Below, in pieces: positions 1 to 19,460 of a stretch of 64,000 nt of DNA. The stretch lies in the NCBI GenBank assembly GCA_009914755.4, contig CP068257.2, positions 21,440,001 to 21,504,000 of the forward strand, read 5' to 3'. Position numbers and translations under genes: made by a program. The stretch's first letter is position 1; the number at the start of each line of letters is the position of its first letter. Source of the DNA: the human T2T-CHM13v2.0 reference genome, Homo sapiens. A model generated the notes under the pieces. The model was not told where the DNA came from. It saw nothing but the letters and a program-made list of their open reading frames with translations, and ran no database searches.

Positions 1-2795
1 TTTTTAGTGTATACATGGAATTAAATCTAAGCAACCAGTCAAGAATCTAATACATTTTTTTCTCTTATTTTGGTATCTAATTAGCTGTTTTCTTTTCTTA
101 TTGCAAGAGCACGCTCAGTAAAATGTAGAATCAAAATAAAATGAAATTATAGATATAATGTTGAATTAAATTAATTACAGATATAATGATATATTGCAGG
201 TCTTCCTCTTTGAAGATTATAATACAAGTGTAACAAATGCTAATAATTAAATTAGAAAAAACCATAAATACTTACAACAGAGTAAAAATGTTGTATCCCA
301 TTTAAAATATATGTGTGATTCTATATTTACTTAATGTAGTTACATTCAGTCATATTTGGTATATAGTATAAATCTACCTCCTGCTCAAGAAGTTTCTTGC
401 CACAATACCTCTCAATCATAGTTTTGTAAGAGATGTTCAATTATCACACTGCAACTTTGGAGCTTCCATAAAAAAAGATTGGCAAATATAGGAGAAGAAT
501 GAAACTTAAAATCTGGAAAATGAAAAGAAGCATTTAATTTAAAAAAATCAAATTTAGTCATACAATAAAGTTCCCAGAGGAGGGAGAGGAAGAGAAAATA
601 TAAAGCTATATTAACTTGGAGTTAGAGGAGTTTGTGGATTTAGAAGGAGCCAAGTGTTGAAGAAATGAGATGTTGATGAGCGAAAGGATAAGAGGATACA
701 ATAGTGGGACTTTAACTCAGTATAGCAGTGAGATTTTTCATAATTCTAGAGAAATATGACAAGGCAACTTGAGACTTTTTGGAATTAGTGCAATGAGAAT
801 AATCTTTCTGCCATTATTAAACTGATATGTGCTTATTCCTCCGTTTAAATCAGGTTCAGCCCAGTGGCCTTCACCTCAATTATTTCCCCAGGGTAGGAGA
901 GTAGAACATATGATTTATACAGCTCTAGATATAGGTATTACTGGGAAAAGAAGTGATTTGTTAAATTTAACTTGTCAAATATTAAACCCAGGAGACTGAC
1001 TGAAATTGGAATCCTCTCAAGTTATAAAAGACCAACCACTTTTACCTCTGATATGAATCAACTCATGTCATCACTGAATGTTTTCATTAATGTAATATCA
1101 TTGAATACTAAAAACAAAACAAAAAAAAACAACATATACCCAACCAATTTATTCCAAGGACATCACTGACAGAAGAAAGCAGTGTGAAAGTGCATTGAAA
1201 GGGTAGGGCCATGTTTCTATATCCTTCTGTTATCACCAGAAATATTAATGAATCAACTAGTTTAATTGAAGGCAGGATATTTTTTCAAAACGGAGAGAAA
1301 TACTTGATGACAAAAGGTGGACTTCTGTGTAAGTGTGAGAGTGTGTGTTGCTGTGTGTTTGTGTTCTCTTATCTAAATAATAAATGAGTTGCTTTGGCTC
1401 TCTCCGACAACTTCTCATTTGAGTTCTTGCATCATGGTTTAGTTTGTGGAATCATAAAAATTATTTCTGCAAATATTCCTCTCCTGCTTCTATTTTTTAA
1501 ATTTTCTCTGGCATGTGCAATTATCACAATTCCACAAGGAACTACATCATAGTTCTAAAACATTAATGACAAAGGGAAAATGTTAAAAGTGTTCAGAAGG
1601 ATAAACATCTATTACCTGAAAATGAATAATTATGACAAATAACTATAGTAGAGTAGTGCTGAATGAAGAAACAAAATAATGTTCTAAATATATTGCAGAA
1701 AATACATTTAGAATTGCATGTGTAATAAAACTATCACAAATATGACAGCAAAAGAATCAAATTTCAAATTAAAATAAGCACTTAGAAAATTTACAAAGTT
1801 TTTATTTTTAGTGGACTTTAGAGGATGTTTTTTAAGCAAAATAAGAGAGAAAGCTGGGAAGAAATCAACGTGATGTTGTTGGGAAGTAAAAGAAAGTAGA
1901 TTTCTTAGTGAGGTGAGTGATCATGTTGATAAAATTTATCAGAGAATTAGGAAGAGAGAGAGAGAAAGAAGAGGAATTTATTCGTAGAATTAGAAATTCT
2001 AGAGGATTCTACACCAACAATTGGCAAAAAAACTGAGGTAATAGTATTCAGAAACTGATTTAGAATTTGTTTCAGGGAAATAAGCAAGGAGGTCATTATT
2101 TTGTTTCAAGATAATACCTAGCTAGATTTTCTATTTGTTGAGCTGTAGGGGTAAAGGCTAATGTATACGTTTTTATCCACTGGAAAGGCAAATAATTTAT
2201 GGTAGAAGAGGTGTCTCAAAATGTTATGGTTTGGGTCCTGTACAACATGTCCTGTATATTAAAATTTCATATAATCATAACACCTTTATATGTGATGGTT
2301 CATGCTTCACTTTGCCTTCCAAATCTTGTGCAAAATTTCTCTTCTGGTCAACTCTAACCAGGTTGTATAGGAAAGAAGATTTTGTTGGGTATCTTTCTGA
2401 TTAACATAAATTAATATTATCAAGGGAGTTCATGATGTAATTTCATATCATTCTCAAAAGTATGTATATATATTGTTTTTAATACTACTGTATCCTGCTT
2501 ATTTAATTTGGGAATTGCACTTATTGGAAGGTCTACAATATTCAATATTTATATAGAGAACTGTGCTCCTGTTGTTAATTTTAAGACATTTTAAAGAAGT
2601 ATCCTGTGTACTTTTAAGTGATTTATATTAATATTTTAGACATAATTGTCTTTATTCAACTACATACTGTGACTCAGAATAATTATATTGTTCAATCAAA
2701 CCAGGTAGGTTGTAAATGAATGTTATGTTTTATGCATCAAACACAATAATCAACTAATTATAATATTTCAGAATACAATGTTATTCAACATTATA

Positions 2796-3374
<579 letters not shown>

Positions 3375-4954
3375 TGTATCTATCTCAAAGTATCTGTGAG
3401 TAAAAACATGTTCAGAAAAAAATTGCATGCAATTTTTTACAGCAGCATTATTCTTAGTAGAGAAAAGCTGCAAACAATTTAACGTCTACCAACTAGTTTA
3501 TGTTAGCCAATATATAATATGTTCACGAAAAAGAATATTATTCAAAATAAAATGGACTATTGACACATGCTACCTCATGAATAAACTTCAAAACACATGG
3601 TAAGTGAAACAAGCTAGACATAAGCCCACATATTCTATGAATCCATTTATATGAAATCTTCACAAAAGGCAAAAGCAAGACGAAAGTAGATTTGTGGTTG
3701 CCTAAGTCTAGGCAGGAACCAGAATCAATTATAAATTGGCATGATGGGAGAAAAATGTTCCAAAACCTATTTAGGATGATGGTTTAATCAGAGAAAACTC
3801 ACTAAAAATGTTTGAATTATCTATATGAAATGGTTAATTGTATGATATCTAGAAGATACCTAAGTAAAAGTTAAAAAAGAATTAGAAAAATGCTCAGAAT
3901 ATTTTCATGTTTTATTTTATTTTCCTTTCTAATATCATCTGGTTCAAGATGGAAATGTGAAAAGTTTAAAGAGAAATGAAATCCTGTTGACTCATCAAAC
4001 TCACCCTTATACCTAAGTAATTTGCTATACAATTAGTACATTGAAAAGAAGACACCACTGTCTACACACGTAAATGACCAAAAAAAAAAAAATACACAGC
4101 TCTCTGATAATGCTACAATATTATCAACATTGAATATTGGTGAATTTGATTGCATATAAATTATATCTTTATAAAGATGGTAAAAAAAAAAACCACCCAC
4201 AGTTAAAAGAACATGTGAGGAACTTCCAAAAAATCAACAATAAAATAAAACAGGTAACTCAAAGAAAAACAGGCAAAAGATAAACAGTCAGGTTATAGAC
4301 AGAAAAAACTGAATAAGTATCAAACATATGAAGACCTACTCAACTTTGCTAAAGAAAGAAATTTATTTTTAAAACAACAATGAGATTAAGATGTTTCTAG
4401 ATTAGACTGGGAAAATTAAATAAAATGAATTATGAGATTATAGGAAGTTTTAACAAAAATAAAGGGAAAAACTTCATTATCTAAGGACAGAGTTATCTAA
4501 TATAGTCATTCTATAAAGTTATTGTGAAGAACTTAGATAAAATATGAATATGTATATTATAGGTATATCATTAGTCATGGGTGTGGACATTGATTGAAGT
4601 ATTGTTTGTGTTTAGGAAGAATGGAAGCTGGTTTGGAGACTATTACTGGTAAAATGGAAAAGTAAGATATGGTGGTTGCACTCCATAAGCTGTGAAGAAT
4701 TTAGATGTGTTAGCCTATAAACACAGCTGAACAGCTAGTTTCAAACACCAAAAGAAAATAAGGCATAGCACAAAATCATTTATACGAATTAAATTACTTG
4801 AACACATTAAACTAAACACTGCTTATTTTATTTAAATAGTTACTAACTCGATGATATATGTTAAACAGCTTAGAATATTGACTATATGGTGTAGAATGGG
4901 AAATAGAGGAAATGGGCCTAAAAGGGAGTAACTAAATAATGGCATGCATTTTCT

Positions 4955-5290
4955 ATTGCTACAGGAAAAATGTAATGTAATTTAGCAGCTATGAACAATG
5001 CCCATTAATTATCTCATAATTCTGTAAGTCATACATTCAGGAGGTTTGCCTAGTTCCTTAAAGAAGTTTGGTGGCATCTGCTTAGAGTCTCAAAAGGTGA
5101 AAATCAAGGTGTTTACGGGGCTTCATTCGTTACTGGAATATCTTGAAGGAATATCTTTTTTCAGGTTCTGTAAGGCTGTTGGCAAAACTCAGTTCTTTGT
5201 GGTTTTAGAACTGAAGTCACATACCTTTGTTGCCTGTTGGCCAGGAGCTGTTCTCAGCTTCTAAAAGCTGGCCAAAATACTTGACTTATT
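4955..5290 (-). mobile_element. Diverged MaLR LTR fragment (MLT1-like)
   Basis: There is weak similarity to the MaLR LTR 3'-end organisation (ttctattgctac...aaaatcaaggtgt...), and the copy is heavily diverged. Confidence 0.3.
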
Positions 5291-6039
5291 TTATTTCTCT
5301 ATTTTCGAGGGCAGCAATGTGGATGGAGTTGTTATGCTTCCAGTCTCTCTGATCGCTCCTTATACCTCACCTCTCCTCCACTTTCCTTTTCCACCACATC
5401 TCTCTGAGTCCAGTGAAGAAATTTCTCTGAAATTTTTCAGCATATAAGAATAACTTCTGATGGCATTAGTTATACCTTTAAATTATCATTTTTAGCATTT
5501 CATTGTATGTCTAAACCATATATTCTTAAATTTAATTACCACAGTTTTGCTTTTTTCTTGTTTTTGTGATTTGATACCAACCCTTGATTAGTAAAGAAAA
5601 TGGAATAAACTTCTTCCTTCCAAGAAACAGCACTTTTTTTAAGTAAAGATGGAATATGTGTAATAGGTGAGGGATAACTAAAACTTGTCACATAAGGCAG
5701 GTAAGACCCCAACAATTGATCTAAGACTCAGTATTCAATGACCTATTCATTACTGAATAATTAAAAAGCTACATAAAAATCAATGCTACCTACACCTTAA
5801 ACATACATTTTAATTCACCCATAGATTCCCACAACCTTTTAGACATAAAGAGAAAATTTAGTATTAACTGAGAAAAATAACCCACTACCTATTGAATTCA
5901 GGTACTGTTGCTTAAAGGACAGCTACAGAATTCTCATCTCAATATTTTCATGTAAAATAAGTGGAAATCAATAGTCCAAATATCCTCATTAAGAAGGAGC
6001 CACTAATAAACAATATATTTATAATTTAGATAACATTTC

Positions 6040-7930
<1,891 letters not shown>

Positions 7931-7963
7931 TTAAGAGATGAATGATATATAAAACTTGTCCAG

Positions 7964-8251
<288 letters not shown>

Positions 8252-8419
8252 TTGTCCACACACATGGCATTCACATGAATTTAAGTCAGCAGAAATTTTC
8301 TCCTTGAGATTAAGATTTGGAATCTGGCTGAAGATTTCTCCACAATGACTAACTTCTATATATTCATAGTCTTCATACCATATGACTTCAGAGATGTTTT
8401 TCCAGAATTATTGAAATGA

Positions 8420-8600
8420 CCTTCAGTGTCCTGGACTTCCCATTTGTTTCCATTTTCTGTCTCCTGGGATCTTCTGGCATCCTGCTTAGAGATCTCCCAG
8501 AACCTGCAGATCACAGGGCGACAGAGGCTCTGACGGAGCAACCTAGGGTCTCCTGGAACAAAGGAGACAGAACAACAAAGCTGAGCTGGAACTGGGCAGC
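8420..8600 (-). pseudogene. Putative degenerate KRAB-A box remnant of the same ZNF pseudogene
   Basis: Minus-strand translation gives ...VSFVPGDPRLLRQSLCRPVI..., resembling the KRAB-A core (V.F.DV...F..EEW..LDPAQRNLYRDVMLEN). It lies upstream, in minus orientation, of the finger array. The similarity is weak. Confidence 0.3.
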
Positions 8601-8660
8601 CAGGCCAGAGAGACAAATGCCCTGCCAGATGGTGGAAGCCACCCGGCATTGTTCTTTCTT

Positions 8661-8784
8661 CATTGTTGTACCTCCTTCATGACAAGCCATTCACATTTAT
8701 TAGCCAGGCGAAATGTGAATTTAATAAATTTATTAATACATTTATGCAATGTGAATGGCTTGTCATGAAGGAGGTACAACAATG
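8661..8784. repeat. Perfect inverted repeat (hairpin) with 37-bp arms and a 50-bp spacer
   Basis: The left arm cattgttgtacctccttcatgacaagccattcacatt (8661-8697) is the exact reverse complement of the right arm aatgtgaatggcttgtcatgaaggaggtacaacaatg (8748-8784). The spacer contains the palindrome ttaataaatttattaa. Confidence 0.9.
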
Positions 8785-11559
8785 AAAAAAATTCTTAAAA
8801 ATGAAAAAACTCTCAAAAATGATAAAAACCCTCTAGAATGATTTTTTTATTTTACATTTTCACAAACAGCCCTGGATACCACCCATCTCATTGCTCACCT
8901 AGTGTATGTGAAAATTGTATCTCTTCAATTTTTCTGGCAATTCTTCATTTACTAACTGCAATGCTTTCTCTGTTCAAAATCCTTTTTTGAATTATTGCAC
9001 ATATGCCTTTTTATACTTTATGTGCTTTTTCATATTTAACATGGAAAGAGTCCTTAGATATTTAGCCTCCTAATATCTGAGATCTGATAGCAGATATAAA
9101 ACTTCTGCTAATTTATAAATCAAGTTCATAATGTATGTAATGAGTTTTGGTTTTGCCTGGGGTTTTCAAATTTTTATAATTATACCTATTCCTGACAATA
9201 TCAATACTTAGTAATTGTCTCAAAATACATGCACACTTTGTTAATGTTATCTTCCACTCTTTGGATGTATAAAAATGTTACTATTTTATTAGATATAAAT
9301 TACTAATTCAGCGGTATTTAAAAATTGTTTGCTTCATAAACTAATTTAATATAAAATCCAGAAAGCTAAAATGCTTCACTGAAATAGCAATCAGAGATAC
9401 AGTATTATAATAAGCCATATGCCCTGGAATCTACAAGACTCGCTAGCCTACCACTTACCCTTAGAACCAAATTATTATCTTTAAGTATTAGTTACTTTAT
9501 CTGAAATGATGTCGTTTTCCAATTGCTTACATGAATTCCATATCAATTAAAATTATGTATTTTGCACACTTGCAATTTTGCACACTTGCAAAAAATAATA
9601 GTTTCTTCTTATTATATGTGACTGAATAAAATACAGTATAGATATATAATTGTCCTGAACCTTAAGTCACAGCTTTCTATGTACAACAGTAATCAATAGT
9701 CCTTAAATTAAATTTTGTCTCTCCTATCATGTTTAGAAATTTGTTTATAAATAATGTAAAAATACTCTCTAAAGAATATTTCCTACTTATCCTGATTTTT
9801 GAATAATATTGTAAAAGGTTGTATAACTTTTTACATTTATAAAACATTGTATATCATAACATTGAGAAATTGATGTACCATTTCTTACATGTACATTACA
9901 AAATTATAATTTTGACAATTTGGTCAAAGGCATTTACAAAATGCATTTCTAGGTTATAGCGTCCAATCTTTGATGTCACTTTAAAGAAGATATCAAGCTG
10001 TGACAAAAATAAAATTTTTGAAAATGCTTCATTAACCTGACCCTTTGAGGTCATTTATATTTCCAGTTTATAAAATAGGATTATCTTTTATATAGAAAGT
10101 CTGATCACACCTCCTGCAAGCTTAACATAATTAGAACCTGAAAGACAGTTGTTTTAAAATGCCAAATGCACCTTTAACCTTGATCCGGGTTACTGGCCCA
10201 TTATTTTCAGTCTGGCTGTTAGAGTTCCTACACAGTGTATTTAATTCTATGTTGTGAAAAGGCTTTTTACACTGCATTAGTGAAATGGAGAATACATCAA
10301 TACAAATCTTAAGAAAAGAGCAAAACTATAAATTTGGTAACAAACACCTTACATTGTAAATTATGTCGGGAAATATGACATAATCCCATTACAAATAAAT
10401 GCCAACTACCTGTGAAATGTGGAGAAGTATATTACCTACCTGAGAAAGTAATTGTAAAATTAATGGACAAATACCTATAAAGTATGTAGTATAGTAAGAT
10501 TTCTTTAAAATTACTTAATAGTATCAATGTTAATTTTTATGTTTAGGTCAATGAATTATGGGTACAACATAGGATACTTGTTACTACATTCCTTTCATAT
10601 AATGTCTTAAGATAGGTATTTTTATGAGATGCATTAATTCATGGTAACCATATAGAACAGGTATTCTATTTTACAAATTAATAAAAATTATCAAGGACTG
10701 AACTCTGGTAAATAAATAATACCAAGAAATATCATTGCTCACCTGTACTAGAATGTTGATTTTAATACTCTATAGTGTTTCCCAAGTTTTGATAGTGATA
10801 CATAATAAGATTGAAAAGTTATTTCTCTTAGGATCTTATGAAAAGAAACAAAAATTTTCATTGCTAAAAACTGACTTCTAATGTAGAATGAAAACTCTAT
10901 GGTTATAACTTTGAGTTTGTCTGGTCAAATTCTTATGTAACCAATTGTAAATCATTCACAATGACTTCCAAATCAAAACATCAGAATATCAATAGGACAT
11001 AATGGGAATACTTACAATTAATTTAATAGTACTTCTATTTACCAATTATATATTATAGTACTGACCTAATTATATTATCTCATTGAATAACCACTGTATA
11101 TTACTGAATCAGTAATTGGTTATTTAAAAATTCTCACATGAAAAAGAACCAAAAATTTAGTTATGTTTATAGGAAAACATTTTCTAATTAGTCTTTAAAT
11201 GTTCATTTTATATCTGATAATTAAATAACAAAATAACTTGTCAGCACAAGCACTAATTTTTTCCAAATTACAAAGTCATATGCAGACTTTGTAGAAGAAT
11301 CTACAAAGAATCTATTTTTACTCTATTATTTTTATTCTGTCAGCTTTCTCTGCCTCCAACCAAAAATAACTTCTTACCATCATAAAAAACTTGCGTTTTC
11401 AAAATGAAAACAATATACATTAGAATGCTTAGTAATAAAGCAATAACTGAGAAGAACTAATTAATTATAACAGAACTAATTTTTGGTCAGTGGAATTTTT
11501 TCACCTATTCCATTTCTTTTTACTGAATTATTTTAGCTCTGAAATATTTTTAAAATAAT

Positions 11560-12010
11560 ATTTATTTTATTTTATTTTTATTATACTTTAAGTTTTAGGG
11601 TACATGTGCACAACGTGCAGGTTTGTTACATATGTATACATGTGCCATGTTGGTGTGCTGCACCCATTAACTCGTCATTTAGCATTAGGTATATCTCCTA
11701 ATGCTATCCCTCCCGCCTCCCCCCACCCCACAACAGTCTCCAGTGTGTGATGTTCCCTTTCCTGTGCCAATGTATTCTTATTGTTCAATTCCCACCTATG
11801 AGTGAGAACATGCGGTGTTTGGTTTTTTTTCCTTGCAATAGTTTGCTGAGAATGATGGTTTCCAGTTTCATCCATGTCCCTACAAAGGACATGAACTCAT
11901 CATTTTTATGGCTGCATAGTATTCCATGGTGTATATGTGCCACATTTTCTTAATCCAGTCTATCATTGTTGGACATTTAGGTTGGTTCCAAGTCTTTGCT
12001 ATCGTGAATA
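11560..12010 (-). mobile_element. L1PA-type L1 3' end (ORF2 C-terminus plus 3'UTR), 5'-truncated
   Basis: The reverse complement matches the L1 3' end (ttatactttaagttttagggtacatgtgcacaacgtgcaggtttgttacatatgtatacatgtgccatg...ccacctatgagtgagaacatgcggtgtttggtt). A T-rich poly-A-tail complement precedes it. Confidence 0.85.
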
Positions 12011-14585
12011 TTTCTTAACATTTTTACTTGTGTGTACTTCACTTTGTGAGAGTGGAAAATGGAAATGATCTATGGAAATAACTTATAAAATATACTACAT
12101 AATTTCTTATATTAACAAACATAGTAGACTAAAAGAACATACGTATTAATGTTCAGGTGAAGCACATATTATTTAAATATATGCGCGAGGGATAATATTT
12201 TAATAGTAATTGAGCCCTGAGCATTGGAATTTTTTACTTTACCTATACAATATAGTTTTATATGTAATATATAATACTTGCATTACAAGCCATAGTTGTC
12301 TTGAACTTACAAAAGCATTGTGTGGCTTCCATTTATTTAGAACTCCGATCAGTAGTGTTATGTTACTATGCATTTGAAGTCATTCTTTTTCACTTATAAA
12401 GTCCCTGAGTATATTCTTACATTGAGTGCACGTCAGAATAATTATGCTTTCTTCTTAGTATAAATGTAGTTGCATTTTTCTCTGTCTTTACTGTCTTTAT
12501 TTCTCCTCTGTAGTATTGGGTTATGTTCAGGTATTTGGCTTCCAAGACATGAATAAAGACAAAGGATCTTTGGAATTATTTGACATTGGTATAAGTCTTC
12601 TCATATTAATATCAGCAGGATAAATCATGTATCATTCATTAATGATGACAACTTCATGCACATTGTGGTAGATTCTGGGCACGAATTACTTCCTAATTAT
12701 CAATGAGAGGTGAGGTCTAATTCTCTTACCCATTATTCTATGCTGGTCTTAGTGCATCATACATAGTTGAAGTAAATTCAAAGAATTCCAAGGCTGGGTC
12801 ACCTGAACACTTGAAGCTACAGTTTGAGCATCTAAAAAAAACAAATAAACTTTTTGGAGCTGTGAGAAATCATGTAAGTTCAACTACCTTGTTGGGAAAA
12901 TCACATGGATAATTCTTGAAATAACATGACATGGAAAAGAGCCTCACAGACTCCAGTAAAACCCGTCAAAGTACCTCGTAGTTGGGTGACATGGTTTTAG
13001 ACCCTACAGGCACTCTTTAGCTAAGGAATCTCCCAGGCAATTCCCAACTGAAGTCCTTGCCCATAAGTATGCAAAATACAATAAAATGGTTTTTTGTTTT
13101 GTGACAGTTGGTTACACAACAATAGATGACTGTTATACCCATTTTATACTTGCTGGCAGCTATCTCTTAACCAATATTAAAATTCTTATGCTCTCTCAAT
13201 TATTAGCATATTTTCTTCTTTATTGTCTTCAACATTTAAAATTAAAATACTTGCCTTCCTATTCTAATTTCTTAAAGCCCACATTCCTATTCCATGGCTA
13301 CAACTATTTTGTCACAGAATTGGGAAAAACCCTCTGGAAAATAAAATAAACTCAAATACTTATGTGTTCTTGGAATTATCCTAAATGTTCTACTTTCTTT
13401 TTGCCTCAGGGAAGTTCTTTTTTTTTTATGATGAACATAACCAATAAGTTAAGGGTGGCCTTTTTTATACTTTTGGGTGAGTTTGTTTCCCTTTAAATAT
13501 ATTCAATTATCTTTTTTTTTCAGATACTTATGAAACAGGCCAGGGTCACTACTCTCTTCTAAGGTGTTATCTGAGCTCATTGTCTCATGACCAAGAGAAT
13601 TAAGGAGCATGGACAGAAAGGGTGAGATTGGAGAGAAAGTTTAATAAGCAAAAGAAGAAAGCTCTCCACAGCAGAGAGGGGAGCCTGAGTGGGTTTCCAT
13701 TTTTACAGCTGAATTCAAAAGCTTTTATAAGAAACCCCTCTTTTCTCTGTAGCTGTTTGAGTTACTTATCTGAAAAGCCATCTGCAGAACTCCTTCTTAT
13801 CTATGTAGTTGTGAGTATGTCTCTAGGCAAGCACAAAGTGCTGCTTCTCTTTTTTGTATAACTGTGGGTTTGTTTTAGGTAAGCCTCCCTCCTCCTTGTG
13901 CAAGTTCCCATGGAGCCCACCATATACATGTCTGAAAAGGGAGGAAACTTTTTCCTTGGAGCCCACCAATTATGCAAAGAACAAAAGCCTTCTGTACTGG
14001 ACCCTGCCGGCTTATCTGTGCAGGTGCAGCCTGAGTTTTCCCCAGGCTACTCTATTTTTGCCTGTACCTGTGGTTTTTCAAGCAGGCTGCTTCTCGGAGG
14101 ACCAGACTTAACTGTTTACTTAACTGATTTTATGTTTTCTTCTCCCTCACTTGTTGGACATGATTGAAAACAAAACCCTGAGAATACTGTACTATTACTT
14201 CAGAGCTCCAAAGTTTATTTTCATCTAAGATTAATACATATGTAAGGATTAGTATATATTCATATGTATATGTATTCATACTTAAACACCTAAGTGTAAT
14301 ACACACGTACTCAAGTATACATAAGTTCCAAATTCTATAACTAAAATTTTATGAAGAATATAAGTGATGCCTCCAAGTTTAAAATTAACAAGTGATATTT
14401 ATGTATTAATTATCCAGGTAAACAGAAATGGAGATCACATATATACAGTCTAGGACTAGCACTAGGAAACATCATATATACAGTTGAGAATAAAATGGGA
14501 ATGAAATCATAAATATATTCATTTGAGATCACCATAGATAGGAAGAAATATAAAAGTGTATAATCTATCAAGAATCACACTTAAA

Positions 14586-14616
14586 TACACACACACATAC
14601 AAACACACACACACGT
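14586..14616. repeat. (CA)n microsatellite
   Basis: The run acacacacatacaaacacacacacacg is visible directly. Confidence 0.8.
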
Positions 14617-16139
14617 TCTAATGCTGGCAAGTGTCAGCAGCTATATTTTCCTACTGAGATATTTTCCTAAAGATGTTTTTAGAGAGTGTTTCACAAAGCA
14701 CCAAATGAAGGAAGAGATGAATACCGCTGAAGACTTTGAACTGTAACAGAAAGAACAGATGCTGAAGAACAGATGAAATTAACTTGAAACCGAGCTGTGA
14801 CCCTTACTTAATACATAATATATAGCACAATTTGTTACATTTCTATATATGTATTCTTTCTTATTTTGGAATTACAATATTTACGCTAGGTTTATTGAGT
14901 AAGTAAAATAATTAAATATTAGTTAAATTGTCTACTTAATATATATTGATTAAATCTGAATTTATTAGTAATTTCTACCATGTGTCTGGCATAGGCAACA
15001 AAACACAGGAAAGGCATGGTTCCTGCCATCAAACTGTACAATTCATGGCTATGGGCCATATGAATTAATGTTAGTTTATTCCCAGTCTTAAGTCTTCACG
15101 TATTTTAATCAAATCAAATGAGTTATGCAGTTAAGTCCCATTTACCCTTTAAAAAACAAAAACAGAATTTCACCTATTTTTAAAAAGTTGTTGTGAGTCA
15201 GTACTTTCTCCATTTCTTTTTTACAGGGTAGATCCAGAATCTTTTCTTTTCTTATGAGTCAAAATCATTTTTGAAAATCCAGCGTTCAAAAAGTGTATTT
15301 TGCACCTGTTCTTATTTAAGTTTCAAAGGAGGCTCTCATGACAAAAAATATCTCCTGATTTCTGAATTCTTCCCTGCCAGATTTGATTTAGCTCATGTGA
15401 CTCAATTTTATGGCATCTCAATGTGGAGTAGAAATCACTTTCAAAGTCAGATGTAACTCATTCTAACAAATCCTGTCATTCATCATCATTTTAAGTCTCT
15501 CTTGAGTAAACTGCAATTTGTACCAAGTTGTACAATATGGTTTGGGGATGTGTCATATTGTCTAGAGGAAGCTAAAACCCAGACTGTCAAATTCTTTTCA
15601 ATTAGGACTTTGTGTAGGATTTGAGTTGCAGTAAAACCCATAAAATAGAATCTGCAGTTGACTTGAGATAGGAATGAGAATTATTACTTTAGGTAGTTTG
15701 CCAGGTAGGCTGAATCTTTCATAGCTTCATCCAATTATGTAAACTTCGCATGGAATTCTGATATTCTAAGTTTATTTAATACTATAAAGTTTTATCTACA
15801 GTAAAAATGAAAAAAACTGATAATAGAATTCATAGTTTGATCACTGACTTCAAAATGCCTCATATGGATTTTAAGGTATTTAATTTTTCTTGTACTATAT
15901 TTGTGTTAATATAGAATTTTTATTTTTATTCATTCTTTTGTTTTAAATTATAAACACTACATATGCAAGACTGCTGCTTCCAGTTTTTATGAATTAAGAC
16001 TGCTTTTTTTATTAAGATACAATAGTTCAGAGTAGAACATTATTCGGCAGTAACTATCAGGAGAAGTTAATAAATAATGAGAAATGTAATATCTTTTCAA
16101 ACAATGAATAGCTTTATAAGGATCAAAAACTAGAAATGT

Positions 16140-16585
16140 TAAGGACTCAAAGAAGAGGTACTCTAAAAGATGAGCTAAGTGGGTACCTTTTCCTTGGGGG
16201 TCTTCCTGAGCCTGTGCTTATGCAAGGGACTGAGAAAGCACAATTTGTCTCAGTAGAGGGCTTTTAATTGAGGAAGGAGATAGGGCCTTCAAAGAGGCGA
16301 TTCAGTCAGAATGAGGCCAGCAAGGCCAAGCTCTAATCCAATATGACTGATGTCCTTATAAGAAGAGAGAGAAAGACAACAGGGCCAGGTATGCAGAGCA
16401 ACCACCATCCCACCATGGGTAGAGGTACCAAGCAGGCAGCCATGTGTAAGCCAAGGAGACAGGCCAGGGACAGATTCATCCCTTGTAAGGCTCTAAGAGG
16501 AAACCAACTGTGCTGGCACCTTGACCTTGTGCTTCTTGTCAGCAGAAGTGTAAGAAAATAAGTTTCTGGTGTTTAAGTCCCAAAT
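16140..16585 (+). mobile_element. ERVL-MaLR LTR (MLT1-like)
   Basis: The characteristic MaLR 3' region is present: ...cttataagaagagagagaaagacaacagggcc...aagccaaggagacaggcc...accttgaccttgtgcttc...gtgtaagaaaataagtttctggtgtttaagtcc. Confidence 0.6.
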
Positions 16586-16641
16586 ATATACACAACATAC
16601 ACACACGCACATATATATATATATGCACACACAATGTATAA
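16586..16641. repeat. (CA)n/(TA)n compound microsatellite
   Basis: The run atatatacacaacatacacacacgcacatatatatatatatgcacacacaatgtat is visible directly. Confidence 0.8.
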
Positions 16642-17289
16642 AATACAGTAAGATAAAGCTAAAGCAGATGTTAAATTCAAAACAAAAGTGCATTTACTAA
16701 ATAAATTTAAATGTCAATACTCTAAGACTCTTATCTCAAAACCTAGAGCAAGTCCAGCAAATCATACGTAAGAAGAGTAGGAAATAAGAAACTACAAATA
16801 AGAGAGCAGAACAAATAAGATAGGATTATGTATAGTGAAAAGTTTGACTCAAATGGAAAAATTGATAATCCCTTATCAAGATTAATTTTTAAAAGTAAAC
16901 AGAAAACAAAATCAGCAGGCTCAGGAATTAGAAAGCAATATCTCAGCAGATCTACTAACCTAAATAATACAGTAATGACTATTATGAACAATTTTATGCC
17001 AAAAACTGTGACAACATAGATATATTAAATTCTTAAAAACATGAAACTTATTGAACTTGAAAAAAATAATAATGCGATAGCTGCAAAAAGACGAATACAA
17101 AGCAAACAAACATAAAGCAGATTACAGTACATCTCCAAAAATCTTAGAAAATGTAAATCCTAATTACAAGTGATTTTTTCACACATGGAAAAAAAGTAAC
17201 ACCAAGAATACATGAACATTTTAAGAGAAGAAAAAAAAAAGTAGAGGACACCACTCAACTGTTTTTATGAGACCAGCATTAAATTTATA

Positions 17290-19460
<2,171 letters not shown>

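Noticed and set aside
13600-14170. Moderately GC-rich block with overlapping ORFs of 79-89 aa and an internal duplication (ggagcccacca...)
   Set aside because: I could not assign it to a gene or repeat family from the sequence alone. It is probably an unclassified LTR or old repeat fragment, and the evidence is too weak to report as a feature.
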